Below, one piece after another: positions 1 to 8,916 of a DNA stretch of 29,459 bases. How positions within the stretch are numbered: the stretch's first letter is position 1; each line of letters opens with the position of its first letter. The stretch is from positions 1 to 29,459 of IMG/VR virus record IMGVR_UViG_3300037787_000049; one strand, written 5' to 3'. This DNA comes from a virus. Lineage: Duplodnaviria > Caudoviricetes. The notes beneath the pieces are model-generated. The model worked only from the letters and a program-made list of their open reading frames with translations, searched no databases and had not been told where the DNA came from. The position numbers and the translations under genes are program-made.

Positions 1-486
1 GATGAAATTCAAGGGGCATTTGATGCGTTTGGAAATAAAACTGAATTAGAGCTTATCCAAATAGTTAGGAAAACAAATTGGTACGGCTTAAAAGTTAATG
101 CTCCAGATTCTAAGAACAATAAAGCGTACTCTGCACCATATCCTATAGAGCGTGGATCTTATTTACCCATATCAGAAAATGAGTGCCTACTCTGGACTCA
201 AGGTAGTGTGAATAATGTTAATCTTCAGTATCATAACCAGCCCGTATTCAAAGAAGGGGCGCTCAAACCAACACCAGACCCTATACTTATTCGCAGGTTT
301 TCAGGTGAAGGTGGTTGGCACGACACATGCTCTAGTATTTTAAATCTAACTAAAATGGATTGGAACAATAATACGCTTTATAAAACTTTGCCTGTAACAT
401 TGGTATATTCACAAATTTTTGCAAATGTTGTTAAGCACACTCAAGACATTGTGAATGATACTTATAATTACAGATTCTTTATGTAG
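1..486 (+). CDS. Prokaryotic Argonaute, C-terminal PIWI fragment (5' truncated by the window), probably catalytically inactive
   Basis: Frame 1 is open from base 1: DEIQGAFDAF...YPIERGSY...CLLWTQGSV...PDPILIRRFSG...ILNLTKMDWNNNTLYKTLPVTLVYSQIFA...YRFFM*. The RG, LLWTxG, LTKMxWN, LPVT and terminal YRFFM motifs are typical of the PIWI C-terminus. Visibly AT-rich. Confidence 0.85.
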   Translation, partial: DEIQGAFDAFGNKTELELIQIVRKTNWYGLKVNAPDSKNNKAYSAPYPIERGSYLPISENECLLWTQGSVNNVNLQYHNQPVFKEGALKPTPDPILIRRFSGEGGWHDTCSSILNLTKMDWNNNTLYKTLPVTLVYSQIFANVVKHTQDIVNDTYNYRFFM

Positions 487-919
487 ATTTTTGATATAAA
501 GCAGCTTCTGCATTCCTACGTCGAATTAAACCATTTAATTTTCGGCCACCAGCCCAGACCCAGCGCATGAATTGCTCTGGAACATCAGCGTGTTCTTCGC
601 GGTTAATTTTACGGCGCAGTGTTGAGCGTTGGAGCGCCCCACCGCCAAGATTATAGGTGAATGATACAAGCGCATCGAATTGTCCATCTGTCAGAGGTAT
701 ATTGACTAAGCGTAAAACAGAGCGTTCAGCAATTATTAAATCTTCTCTTAAAATATCTTCTGCTTCTTCTTCAGTTATACCACAAGAAAAGTTTTCAATT
801 TCTTTTACAACATGGCCATAACCGATGGTCGGATAACCAGCTGGGCAAAAATAAACGGTCCGAGAGAAACCTTCGAACCGTTTTATCAGGTCAATTCCAT
901 TTTGTGTGATATGTCTCAT
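479..919 (-). CDS. Phage endolysin, GH24 lysozyme
   Basis: IKRFEG...YFCPAGYPTIGYGH, QFDALVSFTYNLG and GLIRRRNAEAALY motifs. Start overlaps the upstream stop (ATGA at 916-919). Confidence 0.93.
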   Translation of the reverse strand: MRHITQNGIDLIKRFEGFSRTVYFCPAGYPTIGYGHVVKEIENFSCGITEEEAEDILREDLIIAERSVLRLVNIPLTDGQFDALVSFTYNLGGGALQRSTLRRKINREEHADVPEQFMRWVWAGGRKLNGLIRRRNAEAALYQKST

Positions 920-1209
920 TTTTCCAATGTTCCTATGATTTTGAGTTTCTTACTGCCGTATTCAAAACTGCCCCACCATTGTTCCTGGCCGTTGATGTTT
1001 CGGCGCTCCAGCGTCAGATTAAAGCGGTCGATGCCACGCTGTTTGGATGTGGCGTAGTCTTCCATCGCGTACCATGATTTTCGTGCCAGGGTGGTCGCCA
1101 TTTTCTTGACCGTGTATTCAAAGGCATCGAGCAGAGCCTCAAGCTCCGCATCGGTGCATTTATCATTTTGGATGTCTTCGATCATTGCTTTGTAAAACAG
1201 TTTGCTCAT
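916..1209 (-). CDS. Hypothetical protein inserted in the lysis cassette
   Basis: 97-aa ORF with AAGGAG RBS; its stop overlaps the endolysin start. Confidence 0.7.
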   Translation of the reverse strand: MSKLFYKAMIEDIQNDKCTDAELEALLDAFEYTVKKMATTLARKSWYAMEDYATSKQRGIDRFNLTLERRNINGQEQWWGSFEYGSKKLKIIGTLEK

Positions 1210-1252
1210 TTACTCTATCTCCTTGTTTTTAATTGCTTTTTACAATCATAGT

Positions 1253-1280
1253 AACGCTTCATTCCCGAAGCTTATCAAGT
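1253..1280 (-). promoter_or_regulatory. Conserved upstream motif, copy 1 (ACTTGATAAG-N10-GAAGCGTT), probable promoter
   Basis: 23 of 28 bases identical to 22843-22870, same spacing, both upstream of small inserted genes. Confidence 0.55.
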
Positions 1281-1297
1281 GAATAAGATGCTACTTT

Positions 1298-1756
1298 TCA
1301 AGGATTTGAGCGGAACTTAGACAAGGCGCGTTGACCGAACCAGAAAGACATGACAGCCGCAAATAACGCCTGTGTTTCGCCATCCCAAACGGCAATTAGC
1401 CCGTCTGTGATACCGACACCCTGATCCAATAGCTTGAACAAAGCGGCGGTTTTGACGGTGGCAAAGAGGATGAAGAATGCATAAGTAATCACTGGACGCA
1501 CCGATGCCCGTAGAGCCTCCACCCATTTTACGCCGCTCGGTTGGCTAGCATGGCTGTATAGTGCATTACTTTCGGCAATGTCGGCTTGTACCTGTATCTC
1601 TTCCAAACGTTGCGTATGGCCTTGGCGTTGCGCCTCCATTTGCCGATCCAGTATGGCCAGCTCGTGTTTGCGATCTGAATGGTCGCGCCAGAGCTTTAAG
1701 AAATCCGGAAACGCGGATGATAAAAAGCCCAGCAGGCTTCCAAGTAATGTCAGCAT
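1298..1756 (-). CDS. Putative holin (3TM-holin-like membrane protein)
   Basis: Hydrophobic N-terminus, WVEALRASVRPVITY and SFWFGQR motifs, two further TM segments, located near the endolysin. Confidence 0.65.
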   Translation of the reverse strand: MLTLLGSLLGFLSSAFPDFLKLWRDHSDRKHELAILDRQMEAQRQGHTQRLEEIQVQADIAESNALYSHASQPSGVKWVEALRASVRPVITYAFFILFATVKTAALFKLLDQGVGITDGLIAVWDGETQALFAAVMSFWFGQRALSKFRSNP

Positions 1757-1790
1757 GATATTTTCCTTTCATGGTTTTGGGGTTGGTTAG

Positions 1791-2066
1791 TTAAACTTTT
1801 TGATTTATTGGGGGGCTACGCATCGCCTTCAGATCGTCGCGAATATCGGTGATCTGGGTTTTGATGACAGCAATGTCCTGACGCATTTCACCGACGACTT
1901 TGCGACCGGTGATGTCGTTATTGACCTGATTTTCAAGATTATTGAGACGCTCATTCACCGTGGCGATATGCGATGATATCCACGCCACGATTTTAACCAG
2001 CACGATGAGAAGGCCGACACTGTTGGCAAGTACGCCAAACAGCGGGCCCCATTCAGCAAGGGACAT
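1791..2066 (-). CDS. Small membrane protein with TM helix plus coiled coil (lysis-module protein)
   Basis: N-terminal hydrophobic segment, heptad-like C-terminus, AGGAG RBS. Confidence 0.6.
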   Translation of the reverse strand: MSLAEWGPLFGVLANSVGLLIVLVKIVAWISSHIATVNERLNNLENQVNNDITGRKVVGEMRQDIAVIKTQITDIRDDLKAMRSPPINQKV

Positions 2067-2090
2067 GTTTTTACTCCTGTAGTTTTTGAT

Positions 2091-2114
2091 AAAAAAACCG
2101 CCCAGATGGGCGGC
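2091..2114 (-). terminator. Intrinsic terminator
   Basis: Minus strand reads GCCGCCC-ATCT-GGGCGGT followed by a T run, downstream of 2143-2373. Confidence 0.7.
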
Positions 2115-2142
2115 TTAAAAACAAAGTATTAAACTGCTTAAG

Positions 2143-2373
2143 TTAATCGTCAGCAATCATCTCTAATAAAACCAACTCATGGCTATCACCCTGAAATTTT
2201 ATTAAAGGAAGCCCGTCATCATTTCTTGAGATCTCTGCTTTTATTGCGGCAATATTGTCTATTGTAAAAAATAACTGATTTTTTCGAATTGCGGCATTAT
2301 CTTCACTGTAACAAACAACTTCTAAATCTGGGTTTAACTTATTAAGTTGTTCTATTAATTCTTTAACTTTCAT
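2143..2373 (-). CDS. AT-rich moron, hypothetical protein
   Basis: 76-aa ORF (MKVKELIEQL...) with AAGGAG RBS, its own promoter-like sequence and terminator. Confidence 0.7.
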   Translation of the reverse strand: MKVKELIEQLNKLNPDLEVVCYSEDNAAIRKNQLFFTIDNIAAIKAEISRNDDGLPLIKFQGDSHELVLLEMIADD

Positions 2374-2392
2374 GGAGTTCTCCTTTTATTTA

Positions 2393-2421
2393 ATACTATA
2401 GCTGTATTCACGACATATCAA
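2393..2421 (-). promoter_or_regulatory. Sigma70-like promoter of the moron
   Basis: TTGATA-17 bp-TAGTAT on the minus strand. Confidence 0.45.
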
Positions 2422-2433
2422 TATTCTACTTCG

Positions 2434-4689
2434 TTATTGATCCGCCGTATGCACCAGCGGGTTTTCGACGACACTGGCAATCTCAACCAGATCACCACGC
2501 GGTTTAACGGCGGTCACACGAGCAAGCACACCCCATTGCTCGCCAATGCCAAAGGCAAAATGCGTGCGTTCTTGTTCACTGCCTGTGTAGGGCGTGAAAT
2601 CCAGTTCTTCATCCAGCATAACCTGTCGTTCGTTTGCACCGGCACTTACCAGCCACGGGCCGCTGACTGATCCGTCTTTTTTACGCAGGACGATGTAATG
2701 GCTATCGCCTTCAGTAAAGCTCACGCTTTCCGATAAATCCAAAGCAGGATGATCATAAGCCACCACGTCACCCGCTTCACCCCAGCGCGGCATATCGTGG
2801 GAAATCGCAATCAAATCGCCATAGGTCGGGATCAAGCCTTCCAGCTCCGTTTTGAAACTCACCATGCGACGGCGATAGCGATTGGCGGCGGCCATATAAA
2901 AGCCCTCACGGATGGCATGGGATTTATCGGTGCTGCCGAAGAGCGAAACTGTCGCAGGTTGCTCGGCACTGCTATCCGGCAGACTGACTGTGATCTCATC
3001 AGGCTTCCAAGTTTTCTCGTTGAAGAATTCAACCGTAACACTGTCCGCCGTATCTTCCCCCGGCATCACATAATCGATCTTGAAACTGCCTTTGACGATA
3101 TTGCGAGGCGAGAACAGAGCCACAGGAAGTGTTTTTGGCTCATCCCGCACAAAGCGCACCAGCCCGCCTTGGAGAAACGCAACGGAACGACCACAGCGAG
3201 CCACTTGCGACAAGGCGTCCCATACGGTGAGCTTTCGGTCGAACACACCATTGAATGTGTCGCCCCGCGCACTCCAAATTGCATCCAACGCCACCAGCTG
3301 TGTAAGATCAATACGACTGTCTTCCAGCTTTGCCCCATAGCTGCTTTTGAGAATATCGGCGCATGCCCATGCGATGGAACGTGTGACTTGTGGTTCTGAC
3401 CAGCCGGCTACACTATCCCAAATCGGTAATTTACGGGTAACGATGCAATTCACCATCCGTGATGAGCGTTGCGATAGATTATCTGTTGCCCGCATTTTCA
3501 TGGCGAGAAGCGTGACATTGCCAAAATCATCATCGCCCACCAGATGGGCTTTAAGCGCATTCCAATTGAGATCACTGCCGGCTCGCGCCGACATATCCTT
3601 GGCATTGGTGCGGATGGCACGCACTTCATAGCGTCCGGCAGGCACGGTATATTTGTAAGTCTTTCGAATAGCCGTATTGGTATTGTCCGTGATGCTTTCA
3701 GACCCCAGATTAAACCAATTCCCCAGCGCCGCGCCGTCATCATCAATCAAACGGGCTTCAACATCCCATGAGGCGGTACGGCTATTCAACCCGCCACTGT
3801 CATTGGCGTAATAAAGACCTTTGGGTAAGACCATATCCAGCGCTAATAAAGTCGTTTGGGTTTCAGACGGGTTGGCAACAAACGGCCCGATCCAATCTCC
3901 GCCATCGCCAGTAGAGAGAAGCTCTTGTCCTGCGATTTCAGGAGCGGTCACGACATCTGTGTCAAACAGTGTGACTGTGCCGTTTGGCTGGATGATTTCA
4001 TACTCAATTTCTGCAAAAGAGCTGATCGGTGTATCCTCAATACGGATGGCTTCGATATCGTAGTCACCCTGACCAATGACATGAAGCTGGAATAAAAACT
4101 GGTCGTTATTCGTGAATTCCGCATAAGGCGTTGCCCCGAAATCGGGATAGACAACATGGCGACCATAGACAACGGGGATCGGCTCACCAAGGCGGGCTTG
4201 ATTACCCTGCGCCTGCAGGGAATATGTCGGACTTGGACTGGTCGCATTATAATTGCTGATCGCCGAGCTGGGCATAGGTGGCGGAATAAGCGCATTGACC
4301 AGCGCCGATCCTGCGAGTGCAATCCCAGCGGTTAAGAGTGATGTTCCAATCGCACTGGTGACACCCAACGTTCCTGCCAGCGCTGCCCCTGCATAGGGTG
4401 CTGCCACCATCACGGCAATGGTTAAAACAGTACGCAGGATTTTACCGCCACCACCACCGCCCTGGGGCAAAGCGATAAAGCTGACCACCGTGTCTTTGGT
4501 AATGACCACCAGCGCCCAGTCTTTCCGCAAAACAGGCTCACCATCAACAAGGCACAAGGTCGGCTTTGAGAATTCTGTGATCCCACGCGCGTCCAGCCAG
4601 CCACGCACGGTCTGCCCGATACGGGGCTCAAAAAGATCGACATTTTGATGCAGATGAAACGGATTATGATGAATGGCAATTTGCGCCAT
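2434..4689 (-). CDS. Tail tip / host-specificity protein (TipJ-like) with an N-terminal gpI-like segment
   Basis: QARLGEPIPVVYGRH, SIAWACADIL and FSPRNIVKGSF motifs; follows the NlpC and DUF1833 genes. Confidence 0.85.
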   Translation of the reverse strand: MAQIAIHHNPFHLHQNVDLFEPRIGQTVRGWLDARGITEFSKPTLCLVDGEPVLRKDWALVVITKDTVVSFIALPQGGGGGGKILRTVLTIAVMVAAPYAGAALAGTLGVTSAIGTSLLTAGIALAGSALVNALIPPPMPSSAISNYNATSPSPTYSLQAQGNQARLGEPIPVVYGRHVVYPDFGATPYAEFTNNDQFLFQLHVIGQGDYDIEAIRIEDTPISSFAEIEYEIIQPNGTVTLFDTDVVTAPEIAGQELLSTGDGGDWIGPFVANPSETQTTLLALDMVLPKGLYYANDSGGLNSRTASWDVEARLIDDDGAALGNWFNLGSESITDNTNTAIRKTYKYTVPAGRYEVRAIRTNAKDMSARAGSDLNWNALKAHLVGDDDFGNVTLLAMKMRATDNLSQRSSRMVNCIVTRKLPIWDSVAGWSEPQVTRSIAWACADILKSSYGAKLEDSRIDLTQLVALDAIWSARGDTFNGVFDRKLTVWDALSQVARCGRSVAFLQGGLVRFVRDEPKTLPVALFSPRNIVKGSFKIDYVMPGEDTADSVTVEFFNEKTWKPDEITVSLPDSSAEQPATVSLFGSTDKSHAIREGFYMAAANRYRRRMVSFKTELEGLIPTYGDLIAISHDMPRWGEAGDVVAYDHPALDLSESVSFTEGDSHYIVLRKKDGSVSGPWLVSAGANERQVMLDEELDFTPYTGSEQERTHFAFGIGEQWGVLARVTAVKPRGDLVEIASVVENPLVHTADQ

Positions 4690-4691
4690 GG

Positions 4692-5096
4692 TTATTCCCC
4701 AATGTAGCGATAATAATTTTCGATTTTCCAGCCTGTGAGAGACAGGCTATGTAGATTTTGAAACACAACGCCTGCGCCTTGCATGCAGTGGAGCATGCCG
4801 CCACCGTCAATATCGAGCCAGATTCCTACATGGATCGGATGGCGTGATTGGCGCATCAGGGCGATATCACCTTCCATCGGTTTATGTACGACATCCCAAT
4901 TTGCTCTCTCGGGGTGAGCATCAATGGTTTTGATCAGCTGGCGCAGATTGTTTTCCTGCACGGGGATAATGGTTAAATCCCTTCCATAAAGGCGTTTGTG
5001 AATTGCCACGACCAACCCCCAGCAATCATATGCCTCAGGGCCGTCTGATGCAACGACCCATGGCTTGCCGATATAGTCTGCTGCCCAATGTGTCAT
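4692..5096 (-). CDS. NlpC/P60 tail-associated peptidase (gpK-like, no JAB domain)
   Basis: YIGKPW...GPEAYDCWGLV...HVGIW...LH catalytic pattern. Confidence 0.88.
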   Translation of the reverse strand: MTHWAADYIGKPWVVASDGPEAYDCWGLVVAIHKRLYGRDLTIIPVQENNLRQLIKTIDAHPERANWDVVHKPMEGDIALMRQSRHPIHVGIWLDIDGGGMLHCMQGAGVVFQNLHSLSLTGWKIENYYRYIGE

Positions 5097-5635
5097 CGTG
5101 TCAGCCCTGCAAACCTAAGGGCGTTATATGTTTCCGATGGAAAGGCTTTGTTCCCGACATCGAGCATGCGGGCTTTGCCGGTCACGCGTGATGCGTCCGC
5201 ACTGACCTCCGTGAGCACCAGCGTAAATGGCGGGTCCATTTGCGGCCCTTCCAAATCATCAGACAAATACGGACGATAAGTGATTTCGATTTTAGCTTGG
5301 CTTTCTGCTGCCCGATCCAAATGCGTGACAATTTCGCGGCTGACATTATCCAGCGTGATGGATATTTCAGGCACAGGTGCGGTATCGACAGGCGGTAATT
5401 CCAGATCAAACCCCATGGCGATAAATTCCACCATTTCACCGGCGTTTAATGGCGCAGTTACTTCCATGCGGGCGGTGAGGTTTTGATTATCCCGCACCAC
5501 CCGAATGGCCATCGCTAACTCGTCATCATCGATAAAGGACGGATGGCGAAGCTCCAGCGTGTGTAAAATCACAACATCACTGGGCGCAGAGGCATAGGCT
5601 TCACGCAAGGCATCTGATAAAGCGTTATTCGGCAT
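5093..5635 (-). CDS. Minor tail protein (DUF1833-like, gpL position)
   Basis: LREAYASAP...HTLELRHP...ITLDNV...YRPYLSDDL motifs and gene order. Confidence 0.8.
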   Translation of the reverse strand: MPNNALSDALREAYASAPSDVVILHTLELRHPSFIDDDELAMAIRVVRDNQNLTARMEVTAPLNAGEMVEFIAMGFDLELPPVDTAPVPEISITLDNVSREIVTHLDRAAESQAKIEITYRPYLSDDLEGPQMDPPFTLVLTEVSADASRVTGKARMLDVGNKAFPSETYNALRFAGLTR

Positions 5636-6083
5636 GAGGATCGTCCCCCCATGCTTTATCGGTCAGATAATCCACCGCCACACCGTTGAGGAATGAGGTT
5701 TCGATGGCGTTGGAGCGTTCACGCAGGACTTGCACCTGCGCCAGTAAATCTTGCGCTTTGGTGAGTGTTTCTTGTTCTGCCTTCGTCAGATCTGTGCGAT
5801 CCCCCAAAAGATACAAATCCGCCAGCGCATTTTGCTGTTTCCATACAGGTGCGATATCGGTGATGCGCCGACCAGCTTCTTCTTTGATCTGGCGGATCAA
5901 CTGGCTGTTTGAGGTAACGTCTTTCAACTCCTCATCACTCACAGCTTTACCACCTGGTGGTGGGGTGACATTTTCCGCAAAGGCGTAATAGTGTCGCCCA
6001 TTCAAATCAGCCAGATGGATGGGTGCGGTGGTACTTTCAGCAAAGATCGGTGCACGGGTTAACAAATAAGATTTAAGATTCAT
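5625..6083 (-). CDS. Hypothetical tail protein, possible fibre assembly chaperone
   Basis: Follows the RCC1-repeat gene; IKEEAGRRI...PVWKQQN...LRERSNAIE resembles fibre-assembly proteins. Confidence 0.55.
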   Translation of the reverse strand: MNLKSYLLTRAPIFAESTTAPIHLADLNGRHYYAFAENVTPPPGGKAVSDEELKDVTSNSQLIRQIKEEAGRRITDIAPVWKQQNALADLYLLGDRTDLTKAEQETLTKAQDLLAQVQVLRERSNAIETSFLNGVAVDYLTDKAWGDDPHAE

Positions 6084-6092
6084 AAAAGCCTC

Positions 6093-7757
6093 CTAGAAAA
6101 TGACATTGGTTAATGTGGCGACATCGTGCAGATTGCCGACTTGTGTGCCTGTTTCGCCGTAGGAATTATTGTCACCGCAGGCATCAACGCGCCCATCGTC
6201 ATACAAAACACCAATCCCCCATGAGGCTGTGCCTTGGCCATAGCAATCCCAGTCCTCAATCACACCCGATTGCCCAAGCACACGTTGGAAGGTGTTATTG
6301 GTGGCAGCAAAACTGTTGATCCCCAGATTGGCATTACCGGAATACCCAGCGCCCCAGAGATCATTCCCTGCTTGTAAGATACAGCCCTCATAACTGCACC
6401 CACCGCCAAAGGCGGCCTTGGTCACACTGCCTTGAAAACTTCCTGCTGGTTTTTGCGGAGAAGACTGGTTAGTAGAGTTACCCGTTCCCAACTGGCCGTA
6501 ACCGTTATATCCCCAGAGGTAAACCTCACCTTGATCGGTAATGCCGCCACCGCTTGCATAGCGACCATCGCCGACAAAAATATCCGTGAAGGTAACGGAG
6601 GGCAGAGCGATTTGCGTGAAGCTTGTCCTTTGGGTGGTATCACCCAAGCCAAGCTCTCCATTCCCATTAAATCCTGCGCTCCATAATGTACCGTCACTTA
6701 ACAAAACAAGGCCGGAGCCTGTCGGGCCAGAACCAGCGGTGTTATATCCGCAAGATGGCAAGGCCTTAATCACATTATTGAAGGCGGGATGCAAAATGGG
6801 GGTTTCCCGATTGGTCGCATCCCCAAGGCCAAGCTGCCCATAGCCATTATAGCCCCAGACCCACAGTGAGCCGTCATCTTGAACAGCATATGTCGTATGG
6901 GGCAAACCAGAAGTCGCGACATCGATAATATTGGTCAACGCCCCACAACGAATGGGCGTATATTGATTGGCGGATGTTCCATTGCCCAGATTGCCGTTGC
7001 TGTTAATCCCGCAGGCATAAACGCGCCCATCAGTGGTTAAGAAATAAGCGCAGGCATGGTCGTAATAATTTGGGCGACCGGGGATGACTTTGGCAATTTG
7101 GATATTGTTTTGAACAAAATACTCAATCCGCTTGGCTACTGCCAAATTAACAGTGTTGCCATGACCCAATTGCCCGTAATTGTTAAAACCCCATGACCAT
7201 ACTTCACCATCGGCGGTTAAGGCGTAATGCTGCATCCCACCCGAAAACACATCCACAAAGCGCACATCGGGATTATCCGTTGCCACACGCTTTGGCGTAT
7301 AAATATGAGAGCCATTAGAATCCCCATTGGAATAATTCCCGCCATAACCGCAGGCTTTGATTGTGCCATCAGCCATCAGATAAACACGGGTGTGCCAACC
7401 GCCCATGCCATTAACCTTGGCGAGCTTCCATACACGGCGGGACGGATCGAGCGATTGATCGCGCCAAGCAGGCTGATTGCCTACCATTTGTAACACTTGT
7501 GCATTACCGCCACGCGCAAGACGAGCAGGAATAGCGCCGTTATGGGTTAGCAGATCTCCTTCTTGGGTAAGCTGATCCGTACCCGCTGCCATCAAATCCC
7601 AATCATCCCCTTGAACAGGTGTGACAGCTGAAACGGTGCGCTTAGCAATGAAGCTTGAGCCTTGATGGGAAACGGCATCATGGCGCACGTAATTACCAGC
7701 GCTGTTATAGGCTCCGCGCCAGTTAATGCGGATATTGCCCAAATCAATCTGTGTCAT
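6093..7757 (-). CDS. RCC1-like repeat (beta-propeller) tail protein, candidate receptor-binding protein
   Basis: About seven repeats of DGxV/LWxWGxNxYGQLG; N-terminal WRGAY...DAVSHQGSSFIA module seen in tail proteins. Confidence 0.85.
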   Translation of the reverse strand: MTQIDLGNIRINWRGAYNSAGNYVRHDAVSHQGSSFIAKRTVSAVTPVQGDDWDLMAAGTDQLTQEGDLLTHNGAIPARLARGGNAQVLQMVGNQPAWRDQSLDPSRRVWKLAKVNGMGGWHTRVYLMADGTIKACGYGGNYSNGDSNGSHIYTPKRVATDNPDVRFVDVFSGGMQHYALTADGEVWSWGFNNYGQLGHGNTVNLAVAKRIEYFVQNNIQIAKVIPGRPNYYDHACAYFLTTDGRVYACGINSNGNLGNGTSANQYTPIRCGALTNIIDVATSGLPHTTYAVQDDGSLWVWGYNGYGQLGLGDATNRETPILHPAFNNVIKALPSCGYNTAGSGPTGSGLVLLSDGTLWSAGFNGNGELGLGDTTQRTSFTQIALPSVTFTDIFVGDGRYASGGGITDQGEVYLWGYNGYGQLGTGNSTNQSSPQKPAGSFQGSVTKAAFGGGCSYEGCILQAGNDLWGAGYSGNANLGINSFAATNNTFQRVLGQSGVIEDWDCYGQGTASWGIGVLYDDGRVDACGDNNSYGETGTQVGNLHDVATLTNVIF

Positions 7758-7772
7758 GTTTTCACTTCCTTC

Positions 7773-8303
7773 TTAAATATTGATAATGAGGTGGCCATCC
7801 TCGTTAATGTTGAAATCCACCCCCGGCAGCGTGATGAACCATGTGTCAAAATCATTGGCGTTGTATGTGCCTTTCCCTGTGATCGCCGTGAGCTTTGACC
7901 CATCAGCACGCAGGCCATAAAAAACACCGACGGATTCAATCACCTCAAACCCGTCTTCTGCCTGTTTAACCGCCAGCAACTTGCCAGCCTGACCGTTGAT
8001 ATTGGTCGGCAGATTTAGAGCATTGGCTGTCTGTAAGGCTGACTGCGCCGAGGATTGTGCTTCATCCCGATAGGTTTCGGTTTGTGATACAGCCTCATTA
8101 AGCTGATCGGCGGATGCGCCAAGATCGGTCAGTCCCGCCTGAATGCTATCTTCGATATCCTTGATGGCTTTGGCGGCGCTTTTGACATTACCGCCGTCGG
8201 TCGGAACGGTGGTTTGATCGTCGCCATGGACAATATTGTGCAGGAGCTGGCTGTCCGTTTGGACACGCGCCACCGCATCCTGCAGATCGGTCTGCAAGGT
8301 CAT
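7773..8303 (-). CDS. Tail fibre anchor-like hypothetical protein
   Basis: LHNIVHGD...VPTDGGNVKS N-terminus and coiled coil, inside the tail module. Confidence 0.65.
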   Translation of the reverse strand: MTLQTDLQDAVARVQTDSQLLHNIVHGDDQTTVPTDGGNVKSAAKAIKDIEDSIQAGLTDLGASADQLNEAVSQTETYRDEAQSSAQSALQTANALNLPTNINGQAGKLLAVKQAEDGFEVIESVGVFYGLRADGSKLTAITGKGTYNANDFDTWFITLPGVDFNINEDGHLIINI

Positions 8304-8327
8304 GATGTCTTCCTTTTGTTTATGTGG

Positions 8328-8807
8328 TTAATAAAGACGGAGCGGCAAAGTCTGATGCACAAGAATGTGCAGGCCATCACCCACGGTAATAATCCCTTGA
8401 GCATCCTCACTAAGCAGCAAGTTCAGCAAGCCTTCATCGAGAACAGGCCGCTCACGAATTTCCAGCTCGGATGTGATTTCCCAAAGCGTCCCACCCGCCA
8501 AAAGCCGTGATGAAAATTGCCGTGTAAACCGTGCTTCTTGTTCCAACAAGCCAAGACCGCCCAGAAGCGTAATGGCAAACCAGCTCGCCCCCTCACGGGC
8601 ATGCCAGCGATACCAACCTTCAAAGATGGCATATTGATCCCGTCGCATGATCCAGCGCACGGACACTTTGGTCGGCACATCGGTAAAGCGACGACGTTGC
8701 CGTGCAAGGCCTGCCTCCATCTCGGTGCGTAAAATCGCTTCCCCAGGCTGAACGCCATATCCTTGCACCGTTGGCAACGGCAATGTTGATGGCCATGTGA
8801 TTTGCAT
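8328..8807 (-). CDS. Distal tail / minor tail protein (gpM position)
   Basis: WPSTLPLP...LRTEMEAGLARQRRRFT...GASWF motifs, first co-oriented gene after the tape measure. Confidence 0.75.
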   Translation of the reverse strand: MQITWPSTLPLPTVQGYGVQPGEAILRTEMEAGLARQRRRFTDVPTKVSVRWIMRRDQYAIFEGWYRWHAREGASWFAITLLGGLGLLEQEARFTRQFSSRLLAGGTLWEITSELEIRERPVLDEGLLNLLLSEDAQGIITVGDGLHILVHQTLPLRLY

Positions 8808-8916
8808 TGATAAAAAGCCTTAGTTGTCGTATATTATTTTTTGAAACCTAGCTGTTGACGAAATCGACAGTTCATAATTAACCGAAAGTTAAACCATCTC
8901 TTGAAAGGAGATTTGT

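Noticed and set aside
6093-7757. Diversity-generating retroelement target
   Set aside because: No reverse transcriptase and no TR/VR repeat pair seen in the window.
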